64,000 nt of DNA from Tetramitus jugosus (taxonomy: Eukaryota; Protista; Heterolobosea). A model generated the notes under the pieces. The model was not told where the DNA came from. It did no database searches and saw nothing but the letters and a program-made list of their open reading frames with translations. A program made the translations under genes and the position numbers. Positions 53,656 to 64,000 of this stretch are shown here, piece after piece (the stretch's first letter is position 1; the number at the start of each line of letters is the position of its first letter). The stretch is taken from positions 186,001-250,000 of the forward strand of contig OW569355.1 of the NCBI GenBank assembly GCA_937625935.1, written 5' to 3'.

Positions 53656-54327
53656 TTAGTCAGTGGTGGGCGTTGTTGTTGTTGCATCAGAGGCATCTCT
53701 ATTCTGATGCAAAAAATCAATCGTTTCCTGCTTGATATTGTTGCACAGACATTCCATGACTTCTAATCCCTTCTTTGCATTCTTGTGGAAATTGTCCAAG
53801 GTTAAATTCTCAACCTTATCACTGAATCCCCATATAGGCACAACAATCTTTGCTTGTTGAGTGAACCGTGTCTTTGACGTCGAAACACTGCTATTCTCTT
53901 CTTCTTCATTCTTGTTTGCAAATGTGTCATAGGTGCAAGTCTCGTGCACCTGTATCAGATTTTCATAGGAAATGTTGCGCGATTTCATTACTAGTGTTTG
54001 ATTCTTGAGATCGACGACTGATCTCTCTAGGACAAAGCACCAATTCTTACCACCGACTGCTTTGGAGATCCAATCGGGTACGTGACCCTTGCATGTAATG
54101 AGACGTGTGGTGTGGAGACGACCTTGTTCGTCCATGTGTCTATTGAGGATATCAATGTCAATGACGTGGGGTGATAGTGGGTTGGGATATTTTCTCCAGA
54201 AGGCTGTTGTGACTCGGAACCATGGATGGCTACCATATGAAATATGATTGTGTGAAAAATTTCTAGTGTTAGCTTTTTTGTCTGTGTGCAGGTGAGTGAA
54301 AAGCGCTTGCGGGAGAAACTTACTCAT
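53656..54327 (-). CDS. PRELI/MSF1 (Ups/PRELID3) mitochondrial lipid-transfer protein
   Basis: HPW..V..AFWRKYPNPLSPHV..DIL.R..G.LHTTRL, SRNIS, ETCTY, NAKKG. Confidence 0.92.
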   Translation of the reverse strand: MSKFLPQALFTHLHTDKKANTRNFSHNHISYGSHPWFRVTTAFWRKYPNPLSPHVIDIDILNRHMDEQGRLHTTRLITCKGHVPDWISKAVGGKNWCFVLERSVVDLKNQTLVMKSRNISYENLIQVHETCTYDTFANKNEEEENSSVSTSKTRFTQQAKIVVPIWGFSDKVENLTLDNFHKNAKKGLEVMECLCNNIKQETIDFLHQNRDASDATTTTPTTD

Positions 54328-54570
54328 AGATGTGATCTCTATTCAGGAATTGAACCATATTGTTGAAGTGGGAAAAACTAGGGTAGTCTTAGTTGGATGA
54401 CTGTGTATGGATGGAGGTTGGTGGTGTTTTGTGTTTGTTTGAATCACGGCTGCGCTGCGGGACACTGACTGCTTTGAATTCACACCCGAGCGGGCTAAAC
54501 AATGAGTTATTCCGAAATTAATGAAGGAGAATAACCGATGAAGATCCGATGTACAGCAAAATTGAGTATT

Positions 54571-55983
54571 TTATACACAATGGCGAGGTATATTGTTCTT
54601 GAGGTAGTCTCTGAGTGTATCCATCAACCGTTCGTTGTGAAGTTCTTTGTTGGCAGAGGGATTGTTGTCCCTGTACACTCGCACAGATTCTTGGATACCT
54701 TCATGGAACTTGGCAGCTCTGACTTTGACGACCTTATTCCACATCCAGGACATCATGTTGCCTCTCATGTCGATCCACTCACACACGTAGTACCTCGACT
54801 GAGTGTTCTCGGTGTTGGCTTGTTCAAAAATATGTAAACTGATACCTTCGACTCTGATTGTGTTCTTTGGAGTCAATAGTTGTTCGTATGGAATGGATTT
54901 CTTTGCGACAATGTATCGTTTCCAGTAACGATCCGAATATGTCTCATATTTCATGGTACACGCATATACAGCCTCTCTGTCACTCACGATTGGGAATGAA
55001 TATCTTTCATACATGATTGAGGATGAAAATTTGCACTCAATGTCTTTGGCTGACCGATAGCCGAGATATTCTGCTGCCGTTAGGCAACCATCATACTTTT
55101 TCCTATGTTCTGTTGCAATTGCTGCATTGACTAACATCTCGACTGGAGCATCTACGACACCAGTCAATCTCCACATCTTTGTAGACTTTCCATTCATTTT
55201 TACAGGCACTTTGGTCGAATGTAGTGAATATCCTTGTTTCTGGCTCATCTCAGACCACAGGGCTTCCTCAATCTGTGGAGTTGGGGGCAAGCAAAACCTT
55301 CTTAGCATTGCAGTGTCATCCTCTGTAACATACGGGCGTATGGGTGGTGATGGAGAGGTGATTCCAGCTTCCTTGTTGTTTCTAGGAGACTTTTTGTTCA
55401 CTGAAGACTCAGTGATAGATAACTCAGTTGGGGTTGTTACAAATGAGAAGGCTTGCTTTGTTTGTTGCGGTTGCAACTGTTGCTGGGATGTTAATCCGGA
55501 TTGTTGTGGCTTTGTTGAGTCTTGTTGCCTGGGTGACTGCTGTCTTTTGAGAATTTGTTCAAAAGCAACATCACCAATCAATTGTTTGCACTCGGTTGAG
55601 TTGAGGAATCGAGGCCAAACATCTTCCTTCATCTCGAGCATCACATTCACCACACATTCATCAAACAAGTCCCTTGAGCATTTGTGCAAACTGCACTCTT
55701 CTTGAAACTTGTTCAGTGTGTTGCTTCTGGTCTGTTGGGAAATGTTGAGCTCATGACATGCATTGGCAACAATGAATTGGTCACAAATCGTTTTGGCAGA
55801 TTCATAACGGTTGCAAGAGGAACGGAATGTGACATATTCTTCCACCATTCCAATGAACAACATTGGTTCCGAGTTGTGTCCAGAGGCCATGAATTGAGTA
55901 AGCAAACTTCGGCCCATTTCATCATCAATGACATTCTCCAGTGTCAAATTATCAATGTCAATGTATCTGGCGTTGGATGGCAT
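54571..55983 (-). CDS. RGS plus START-domain protein
   Basis: RGS: LENVI..F..HNSEPMLF..ELNIS..LFD..EDVWPRF; START: RKKYD..FPIVSDRE..IRVE..IDMRG. Confidence 0.82.
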   Translation of the reverse strand: MPSNARYIDIDNLTLENVIDDEMGRSLLTQFMASGHNSEPMLFIGMVEEYVTFRSSCNRYESAKTICDQFIVANACHELNISQQTRSNTLNKFQEECSLHKCSRDLFDECVVNVMLEMKEDVWPRFLNSTECKQLIGDVAFEQILKRQQSPRQQDSTKPQQSGLTSQQQLQPQQTKQAFSFVTTPTELSITESSVNKKSPRNNKEAGITSPSPPIRPYVTEDDTAMLRRFCLPPTPQIEEALWSEMSQKQGYSLHSTKVPVKMNGKSTKMWRLTGVVDAPVEMLVNAAIATEHRKKYDGCLTAAEYLGYRSAKDIECKFSSSIMYERYSFPIVSDREAVYACTMKYETYSDRYWKRYIVAKKSIPYEQLLTPKNTIRVEGISLHIFEQANTENTQSRYYVCEWIDMRGNMMSWMWNKVVKVRAAKFHEGIQESVRVYRDNNPSANKELHNERLMDTLRDYLKNNIPRHCV

Positions 55984-56313
55984 TCTCTTGTGTGGTGTTT
56001 TCACTTGTTGTTGGTTTTAAATTTTGGCACCCACTACGTGATTTCCTGGAGTTTTTAAGAGCCTCCTGTGTGGAAAGTGGGTAAAAGGAGGGCGGCGAAA
56101 ACTATCAGGTCCATAAAAGTATGTATCGGGTGATATGAGTACATTCTAGAAGAGCTCCAATGTTCCGAAGGGTCCATTGATTACGTAAGTTCAAGTATTT
56201 CAATCAACAATGAGCTAAGTGAGACCAAAAGTAATCGCTCAATACATTTCCTTAGGAGTTTTCGGCTACAAGTTCAGAAGTTCCATTGCGGTGCTTTACA
56301 CGTCATAAGTTTA

Positions 56314-58539
56314 TTAGTTCGATTGTGATTTTACAATATTGATCTGACTGATTGATTGTGTTAGGCGTTCAGGATCACCAAAGAAACAATCACTCGGGCG
56401 ATGCTCTAGGCACCGGAAGCTATTCCAATTTGCGTAGATGGCAGTGTCAATACATTTAAACATCATAATCTAGAGAAATCATTGGTTAGTATACTGAGTA
56501 AGCTTAGTAACTGGGTTTCATCATAATATACATACGTCATCTGATTCTAAATACTGCAGGTTATGCCACAAAAATTCATCTAGCTCTCTGTGTGTTGGAG
56601 TGGACAGACACTCACTTTGCTTATCTGAATATGCAGATGTTGCCCTACTGCTGTTCATACCTACATACTGCTTTTGTGGATTAGTGAAGCACATTTCTGC
56701 ACTTCCTTGAGATTCAATCTGAATCATAAAATTTTCAAATAATCGACCAGACACTGGCTTCATCACATTCAATTCTGTAAGCAACTCTGACACAAAGTGG
56801 TAACAATTACATGTCAATTCTGAATAGAGTCGCCCATGGTTCCACGTAGTTACAAAACTTGCAACTTGACTCAAAGCTCCATCGATCATCTTTCTCGACA
56901 CAACTTTTCCGAGCTCCTCAGAGTACACTATTGCTTTCGAGCAACACTTTTGTGGGATAATTAAGTTCGATTCATTCCATTCCAAGTAGAATGGACCTAT
57001 TGTGATTGCAGCAATAAACTTGGTCGGTTCATGCAATTTCTTTTGCTCTGATGGATTGGTATTGATCATTCTGTATCTCACAGGACACACTGACTCGATG
57101 CTTACTTGGTTTGATTGTTCGACAATCAACAATCGAACCTTAATTTCTCCATTGTAATCTTCAAAGTTCTTCCAGTATGCCCTCGATGCATCAAATGCTG
57201 CTGCTTGAGCTCGCATAAGTTCCTTCCGAGTAATTTCATTACATCCGTACACATCTACCAGCGTACTAATAGCCTGAATTGTTTCATTGGTTTTCTTGCT
57301 CAAGAAAGATTCCAGCATCTGTGTCGGAACCGCTAGATTGCTCGCATATTGTCTCAACAGTTCCCAACCATTTAACATTGCACTAAAATCAGTTGGCTTC
57401 GCAATATTTTTCAATGCAGGTATTGCTTCAAGCTTGTTTAGCACAACCAGAGTGTTCTTCTCATTGAGCTCAGAGCTCCTGGATCCGAGACTGTTGTCTT
57501 CACTTTCTTTTTTAGCTTCACAGCTGTTGCTTCGGAATGACTTTGTTAACCGAGTGGCTTTCTTTGCTTTTAGGCGGCGTTGTTCAATTTCTTGTTTGAC
57601 GCCACAGGATTTGGAAGCCATTTCGTGCTGGGAGGCACTTCGGCGATGAGTTGCATGTGTAGGGGTCGACTGGGAGATGGGTATGAATGTTTCTGTCGGT
57701 GTGCTAGGTGAAATGCTGCTCAGGATATCTTCCACAAATATGGCAACTTCATCATCATCGTCACTATCATTACCCATACCAGAGTTTGTAGATAGGATAT
57801 CAGTTGTAGTCATAGTCGTAGTGGAAGCAGCTACAGTTTTCGATAGAGAATCTCTTCTGATACTTGGTGCTAAATCACTGTAGCTTCTTGATATCACCGG
57901 ACTGAAACTTTGTGTCCTATTTGTTGTCGTCGTTGTTGTTGTGTGTTGGTCAAATATATCATGGTGTGCCATCATCATTGTCGCACTGATCGGTGACGGA
58001 GATGGACTGAGAGATGAAGATCGAATGGATCTCAATCCTTGAGTCATCATGAGCTTGCTTTGCTCATTAGACACATCAAACATTTGCTCCAAATCGTTTT
58101 CGCTCAGCTCTAAAAGCTTTTTACCCGTAATGTCAAACTCCTTGATCTTTTGCTTAATTTTCTCATGTGCAAGTGCGGATGATGTCGCACCCGAGTGCTC
58201 CAATTCATTTACCGCTGGCACCAAAGTAGAAGGCGACGTGGTTTCCGTTGTTGTCGTCGTCGTAGAAATAAAATTGGCGGCAACATTGGGCGTAAAAACA
58301 TGCTCGGCCCATTGACTCACTGTTTCAACCGACCATGCGTGAACATTTGAGTAATCAAATGATGAGGTTCTACTACGAGGCAGATCAAACCGTCCATTGC
58401 TGTTCGTTCGGCCAATCGGAATAGCGGAGGATGACGATGTCGGCTTCGGAGAAACAGCAACATTGGTGGATGGTTGGTTTTTGGAGGATTTTCTGCACTT
58501 TCGTGGTGTCTCACTACTGTTACTGTTGTTATTTCCCAT
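56314..58539 (-). CDS. Putatively myristoylated SAM-domain protein with permuted-papain (PPPDE/LRAT-like) C-terminal domain, two exons
   Basis: MGNNNS start; SAM-like WSVETVSQW..ITGKKLLELSENDL; IGPFYLEW..YSELTCNCYHFV; a 3' exon containing CFFGDP stops at 56314. Confidence 0.7.
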
Positions 58540-58748
58540 ATGTCACCACAAATTGTTAATCTTTTCCTTTTGATAGTTCGAGTGAAGATTTTGGATTGTT
58601 TTTCGTGGTCTGAATGCGTGTGTGACAGGTCAGTGCTTGTTTTTTCTCTCTTGTCAAACGTCATCTGGCAGCAACTTATGGAGGTTCTGAGGAGAATTTT
58701 TATTGGGTGTGACAAAACAAGGAGGTTGTCTTGCATTGTTCTACAGTT

Positions 58749-60399
58749 TTAGAGTTGTCCTGATAGATCAAGCAACTCTCGAAGGATTGTACTCCGGATG
58801 AAATCAAATATGTGTTTCATGGTCTTTGTGTCAGTGGCACACGTAGGTTGTGTGTGTACGTTTCTATTGGGATTCTTGTTGAGAGCTGTAAAGCGCTTTT
58901 GGATATGTTTCAGAGCACTATCATAGCTATTATCTTCGGTATAATCTTTGAAGAAGGTGTTTAGAGGCACCTTCTTGAGTTTTTGTTCAAAAAGATCTGT
59001 TTTGTTCAGGAATAACATGATCTGGAAACAATGTGTAATAAATTAGTGACAACAGTCTCGGATTCAGAGAGAGAAGCAATTGGTAGAAGTGAAATACATA
59101 CTGGTTTGTTCTTAAAGTACTTGTTGTTACAAATTTCCTCAAATAGGTCTAATGATTCCTGCATACGGTTCTCATTGGTCTCTGACTCGGCCAAGAATTG
59201 GTCATATTCACTTAGACCGATCACAAAAATGACAACAGTCACATTATCAAACGCATGAATCCACTAGTATGCAAAATAGGATGTCAATAACTCTGTTTCA
59301 ACTTGTGACTAACAATACAGACCAACAAACACCACATACCTTTCTTCTTTCGTTTCTCTGACCTCCGACATCCACCATTCTAAACTTGAAATCCCTATCA
59401 ATATCGAAAAACTTTTCAGTGATACCCACTGTCTTTGCTCTCGCTCTCAAGATGTCATCCAAATTCGGAGAATAGTTCTCTTCCGCAATTCTCTCCAAAT
59501 GTTCAATAAAACTGTTTGAGAGAATCATCATCATTTTCATCGCATTATCAATCATTTCGTTCATGACATCAAAATAGACACATATAAAAGTTAGCTCAGT
59601 TAGAGCACAGTCAAACAAGAGAGATTACAGATAGAAAATCATTAACAACCAAAACGTACTAATCTGCCTGATCAAACAAATCAAACTCGTTTCGCTTCTC
59701 TAAAATCTCGCGTACCGGAGGACAATGGTACAACAATTGAATATTTTTCACATCCTTTTGTCTCACCCAGAATTGCATCACAGAAATAGTTGACACATAT
59801 CTCAAAAAATCAACAAATGCATCAATGTGATCACCCGTATATCCCTCGGATCCATTCGGTGTCATATTATTGATCCTCTGTATCAAATCAATTCCCTTAT
59901 CTTCACAATACATGAGAATCGTGTCGAAAATACTAAAAATACTGCGTTGAATAATTGAAACATAATGATCAGTCTCCTTTTTCGAAAAACTGTCTCTTCC
60001 AGTCAATTCAGCCTCAATAATTCTCATTTCTGTTGTTGTAATCATCATTGAGAAAGTTTCATTCCAGTTGAGCATGCAATCAATCATTCCAATGATATTC
60101 AGAAAATGAAGACACAAAAAATTATTAACATGCACACAATCGAAAAACAGGAACAGAAGTTCTCTGTCCCCGAAGAAACATGATGTTTAGATAGGATCCT
60201 TACGTTTTAAAACAGTAGACTTTCCACATCCTCCAGCACCCAACAGCAACAACTTGTGAATTGAACGATCTTCCTTGTCCAATTCAGCCATTTGTTTGTT
60301 GATTTTCTTGTTTCGCTCGGACATTTCCCGAAGTGCTTGATTATCACCACTTCCTGAACCACCATTACCTCCACCACCACATAAATCAGAGAGTGACAT
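58749..60399 (-). CDS. Heterotrimeric G-protein alpha subunit, five exons
   Basis: LLLLGAGGCGKST, DILRARAKTVGI, DVGGQRNERRK, NRMQESL, FLNKTD, TCATDT. Confidence 0.93.
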
Positions 60400-60570
60400 T
60401 ATTGGTGTGACGCGCTTTTACGTTTGTTGTTGCTTTTTCGTTGGGTTTTTGCTCCTTCAGAGGGAGAACTCACGATTCTAGATGTCAAGTGTCAAACATT
60501 CCTGAGTCAAATTTTCGCATTGGTCTGACGAAGCTCAAATCCAACCAAAAAACAAAAGCACAGAAGAAAA

Positions 60571-61572
60571 ATGCCAGTCAGTGTCAAAGTGTCGAGACAT
60601 CAGTTTCCAGTGGCGTACAACAACCCAGATTCCTTTAGCGACTTTTCACTGGTGTTCCCTGCTTTTCTGAACAACCCCACAAAAGTCATTCAATGTCATC
60701 GTGTCTTTCTTGCAGTGAAATCTGATTTTTGGCAACGATTTTTCATGAGAGACAAGAAGGAACAACAGCGACAACAACAACAACAGGGAGGAGTATACTG
60801 TGAATTGAAAGAATGGGACATGATAGAGAATCGATCTGATTTCCTTGGTTTCTCCAGTGATGATACTGATACTGATGCTGATAGTGAACAATCATTGTCA
60901 TTGCTCGAGATAGAAATTAAAGTATTTGAAGCAATGATCAAGAGTTTTTACACGGGAGAGATCAATGATCTAGAGGCTGAAGAATTGGTTGATTTATTGT
61001 TTTGTTGTGTCATGTATGAATCGTGGGAGTGCTATAGCGCTAGTGTACAATATTTGACAAAGAATTGTCAGGTGAATAGCTGTTTGAATGTTGTTGAGAG
61101 ATTGTATCCAATGATTGATTCAAGCGAAAATGAGAGTGAGGATGATGAAGTCACGGTTGATGAATCGTTGAAGAATGAGTATTCGAGGAGGAGAGATTAC
61201 AGGGATATTGTGGAGGCAAATTTGCGATTTATTGATTTCAACTTTTCGGTTGTCATTTGCCATAGTGATCAATTCTTGCAGTTGCCATTCAATTTGTTAC
61301 ACATGATTTTGAGCCGAAGTGGACTTTCAGCTTCTTCAAAGGAACTTGTTTCATCTATCTTGCGTTGGATTAATCACGACTTTGAGAACAGAGAACAACA
61401 TGCTTTTGATTTATTGTGCTTAGCAAAGCTAGAGTCGTACGATACAAAACTATTGTACAAGCTCATGTACGGACACTCGAGTGTTGGAGGTCAATCATGG
61501 CTGTTGAAGCACCATGATGTAGTTTCTTGTGTCAATAACATTCTGATCCAACGTATTGAGAAACTCCAATAA
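60571..61572 (+). CDS. BTB/BACK domain protein
   Basis: FSDFSL..IQCHRVFLAVKSDFW, F..MIKSFYTG; BACK-like FLQLP..IL..RWI.HD..R. Confidence 0.85.
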   Translation: MPVSVKVSRHQFPVAYNNPDSFSDFSLVFPAFLNNPTKVIQCHRVFLAVKSDFWQRFFMRDKKEQQRQQQQQGGVYCELKEWDMIENRSDFLGFSSDDTDTDADSEQSLSLLEIEIKVFEAMIKSFYTGEINDLEAEELVDLLFCCVMYESWECYSASVQYLTKNCQVNSCLNVVERLYPMIDSSENESEDDEVTVDESLKNEYSRRRDYRDIVEANLRFIDFNFSVVICHSDQFLQLPFNLLHMILSRSGLSASSKELVSSILRWINHDFENREQHAFDLLCLAKLESYDTKLLYKLMYGHSSVGGQSWLLKHHDVVSCVNNILIQRIEKLQ

Positions 61573-61645
61573 ACTGTGTTTCCTTACTGATCGTAAAACA
61601 AAATCCACATTTGTCATTGCAGTCCTCTACAAAAAGTTCGGTCGG

Positions 61646-62965
61646 TCAATCTGAATTGTAGACCCTACGATAGGGCATATACACCTCAGACGATTGTAAA
61701 CGATCAACGAATTCTTGGATGAAAGCATTGCTCCGTCCGTGATCAGACCAATAGAGTGAGTGGATACCTGTCAGATAAGGTAATATCTGCTCTGTGATCG
61801 ATTCTTGATTGCATCCGTTCATAAAGAGTGTGGTAATTCCACTCAAATGACAAAAGGCATTATCTGTAATTTGAGTGCAACCACTCATCTCGAGCGTGTG
61901 GATACCAACCAAATGAGGGAATGCAGCATCTGTGATTTGATTACAACCAGATATATTGAGAGTATGAATGCCTATCAAATGAGCGAATGCGCTGTCTGTA
62001 ATTTGTGTGCAATCATTCATGTAGAGAGTGTGAATACCAGCCAAATGAGCGAACGCCTTGTCTGTTATTTGAGAACAACCACTTATATCAAGTGTGTGAA
62101 TGCCAGCCAAATGAACAAATGCGTCGTCTGTGATTTCAAAGCAGGAAGTCATCAAAAGTGTATGGATACCGGTCAAACAACGAATTCCAAGGTCTGTGAT
62201 GTGCTCGCAAAGGAATATACGGAGTGTGTGAATACCAGCCAAGTAAGGAAGTGCATTATCTGTGATTTGATAGCAATAAGATATGTCAAGTGTATGGATG
62301 CCAGTCAAATGAGAAAAAGCATTGTCAGTAATACTCCTGCAAGCACTCATGTTGAGAGTATGAATGCCATTCAAATGTGCGAATGCATTGTCTGCGATTT
62401 GATTGCAACAAGACATATTGAGAGTATGAATGCCAACCAAATGAACGAATGCACTGTGTGTGACTTGATCACTACCACTGATATCAAGCGTGTGAATGCC
62501 AGCCAAATGAGAAAAGCCTTGACCTGTAACGTTCTTGCAACCGCTCATGTTGAGAGTATGAATGTCATTCAAATAAAGAAATGATTTGTCTGTAATGTTC
62601 TCGCAATGACCCATATCAAGTGTATGGATACCGTCGAAAAATTGGAAATGGTCATCCACCACGTACAAACTATCACCCAGGTCGACATTGAACAGCGTCC
62701 CTTTTGCCAATCGAAAGCAGTATTCAATCTCCTCTTTCCATATGAAACTTGGTTTTAGAGTTCTCCTCTTGTTGAACATGAGCAATCGATTGAATTTGAA
62801 ATCATTGATTCCTTTGCAAGTGTAACTCAATTGCAACCATTCTTCAGTGCCACAAAACTCGACAACTTTTGACCATACATCTCTGCAAAGTGCAGAGCAA
62901 ATTTCATTAATCCTTTCATTCTTTGCCACACTCTCGTTTTCTTTTTTTTCGCTTGATTGCTGCAT
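61646..62965 (-). CDS. LRR protein with ~14 tandem 22-aa cysteine-containing repeats and a possible F-box
   Basis: Consensus LxGIHTLxxSGCxQITDxAFxH; N-terminal LCRDVWSKVVEF..LSYTCK. Confidence 0.9.
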   Translation of the reverse strand: MQQSSEKKENESVAKNERINEICSALCRDVWSKVVEFCGTEEWLQLSYTCKGINDFKFNRLLMFNKRRTLKPSFIWKEEIEYCFRLAKGTLFNVDLGDSLYVVDDHFQFFDGIHTLDMGHCENITDKSFLYLNDIHTLNMSGCKNVTGQGFSHLAGIHTLDISGSDQVTHSAFVHLVGIHTLNMSCCNQIADNAFAHLNGIHTLNMSACRSITDNAFSHLTGIHTLDISYCYQITDNALPYLAGIHTLRIFLCEHITDLGIRCLTGIHTLLMTSCFEITDDAFVHLAGIHTLDISGCSQITDKAFAHLAGIHTLYMNDCTQITDSAFAHLIGIHTLNISGCNQITDAAFPHLVGIHTLEMSGCTQITDNAFCHLSGITTLFMNGCNQESITEQILPYLTGIHSLYWSDHGRSNAFIQEFVDRLQSSEVYMPYRRVYNSD

Positions 62966-63217
62966 TCTTTTTTGTCTTGGCTTGTTGTTTCTTTAAGAAA
63001 ACCCCACTGTTTTTAGTATGACTAATTTAACTTTGAATTAATCTCCACTATAATACTGGCCGTTCATGTATCTGCGTTTTGTTCGCTCAGTCATTCTTAT
63101 ATAAGAGTTATTGAGCTGGACTTACAATGCTCAATCACCTTTTCGAAGAAAGCCAATGTTGCCCACGAACAAAATCCCGCCAATTTCTCCAATTTTCCAC
63201 AAAAACAAAACAACAGA

Positions 63218-64000
63218 ATGAACAGATTATTACTCAAAAGACCGATCATTGCAACCAAGCATGTGATAACGCAACACATGCATCACTATCAAGGATCACT
63301 CATCACTGCTCAACAACAACAACACAATCGCATTCACACCTTGAGAAATAACTCCGCTCTCCCGCCAAAAATCAATTCTCCTCTCCAGTCCTCCTCGCCA
63401 TCCAATGCGTTGTTTGAAGCAATGAATCGTCACCAACAGCATCATCAACACTATTCAACTGCTCGAAACAACAAGAGCTCTGTGATCAACTTTGATCAGA
63501 AAAACAACAACAAGCACAAGAACAACAAGGAAAAACAAGATGACTCATCTTTTCTCAAGAAATTAGGAAGTCTTCTCGTCGCAACAGTCGCTCTTCCCTT
63601 CAAGATTGTGTTTAGCTTATTGGGCGTCCTGGCACTGCACATTTTCTTCAAGAGAATGCACAAGAAATTGTTTGGCAATATTCAGAGAGCTCTCTTTGGT
63701 CAAATGGACTTGTTGGATGAAGCTCAAGCCTCTCTTCGTAAAAAACTTGAAACAACAGTTCGATTGAGCCAGAACAACAAGAATCTGAAGCAGAACCAAC
63801 AAGCAAACATTGCCAATTTTGATGATTATGTGTTGTTGAGAGCGTTTGAAGTGGTTCAGAGACATCCATTGGTGCACGATGCAGTATCGAAACAATTGGG
63901 ACGAGTGAGCAAGGAAATTAATCCAGGGCCAGAAGCTGGTAGTGGTGAAGGTGAAAAGAAAAAGTCATCCTTTGCGTCCGTATTTTCTGACTTTAAGAAC
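63218..64000 (+). CDS. Partial CDS, probable single-TM (possibly mitochondrial) protein
   Basis: Open from ATG 63218 (MNRLLLKRP..) to window end; TM LLVATVALPFKIVFSLLGVLALHIFF; RAFEVVQRHPLV..LG is weakly Tim21/Coa1-like. Confidence 0.55.
   Translation, partial: MNRLLLKRPIIATKHVITQHMHHYQGSLITAQQQQHNRIHTLRNNSALPPKINSPLQSSSPSNALFEAMNRHQQHHQHYSTARNNKSSVINFDQKNNNKHKNNKEKQDDSSFLKKLGSLLVATVALPFKIVFSLLGVLALHIFFKRMHKKLFGNIQRALFGQMDLLDEAQASLRKKLETTVRLSQNNKNLKQNQQANIANFDDYVLLRAFEVVQRHPLVHDAVSKQLGRVSKEINPGPEAGSGEGEKKKSSFASVFSDFKN

Noticed and set aside
61805-62584. 259-aa plus-strand ORF and other antisense ORFs (e.g. 19568-20296, 20200-20796, 55127-55705)
   Set aside because: Shadows of real genes on the opposite strand or of repeat periodicity, with no recognisable motifs.

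Overview
Gene-dense eukaryotic DNA (standard code, short GT-AG introns, many poly-N/S/T/Q tracts). It is probably from a flagellated protist: CFAP100, TTLL9 and PAS/START-RGS fusions would fit a heterolobosean (Discoba), but this is inference. The window holds about 38 host genes and two tRNA genes, Pro-TGG (17706-17777, -) and Lys-CTT (51678-51750, -). The main feature is a ~9.6-kb head-to-tail stack of four independently inserted non-LTR retroelements (17823-27424) directly upstream of tRNA-Pro. The order is A' (5'-truncated APE-RT LINE), B1, A (full-length LINE), B2. B is an RT-less element encoding only a divergent ORF1 homologue. Each insertion has its own poly(A) tail and target-site duplication. 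When the stack is unwound, every insertion landed ~44-57 bp upstream of the tRNA with its 5' end facing it, so the array reads as a chronological record with the oldest, most decayed copy furthest from the tRNA. Also notable: a 22-nt patch in B2 where every C has become T, a truncated Ser51-less eIF2-alpha paralogue resembling viral K3L decoys, an F-box/EF1A-like GTPase fusion, an SH3-kinesin-14, and a FixL-like PAS-RGS protein. All domain calls come from motif recognition by eye; no searches were run.
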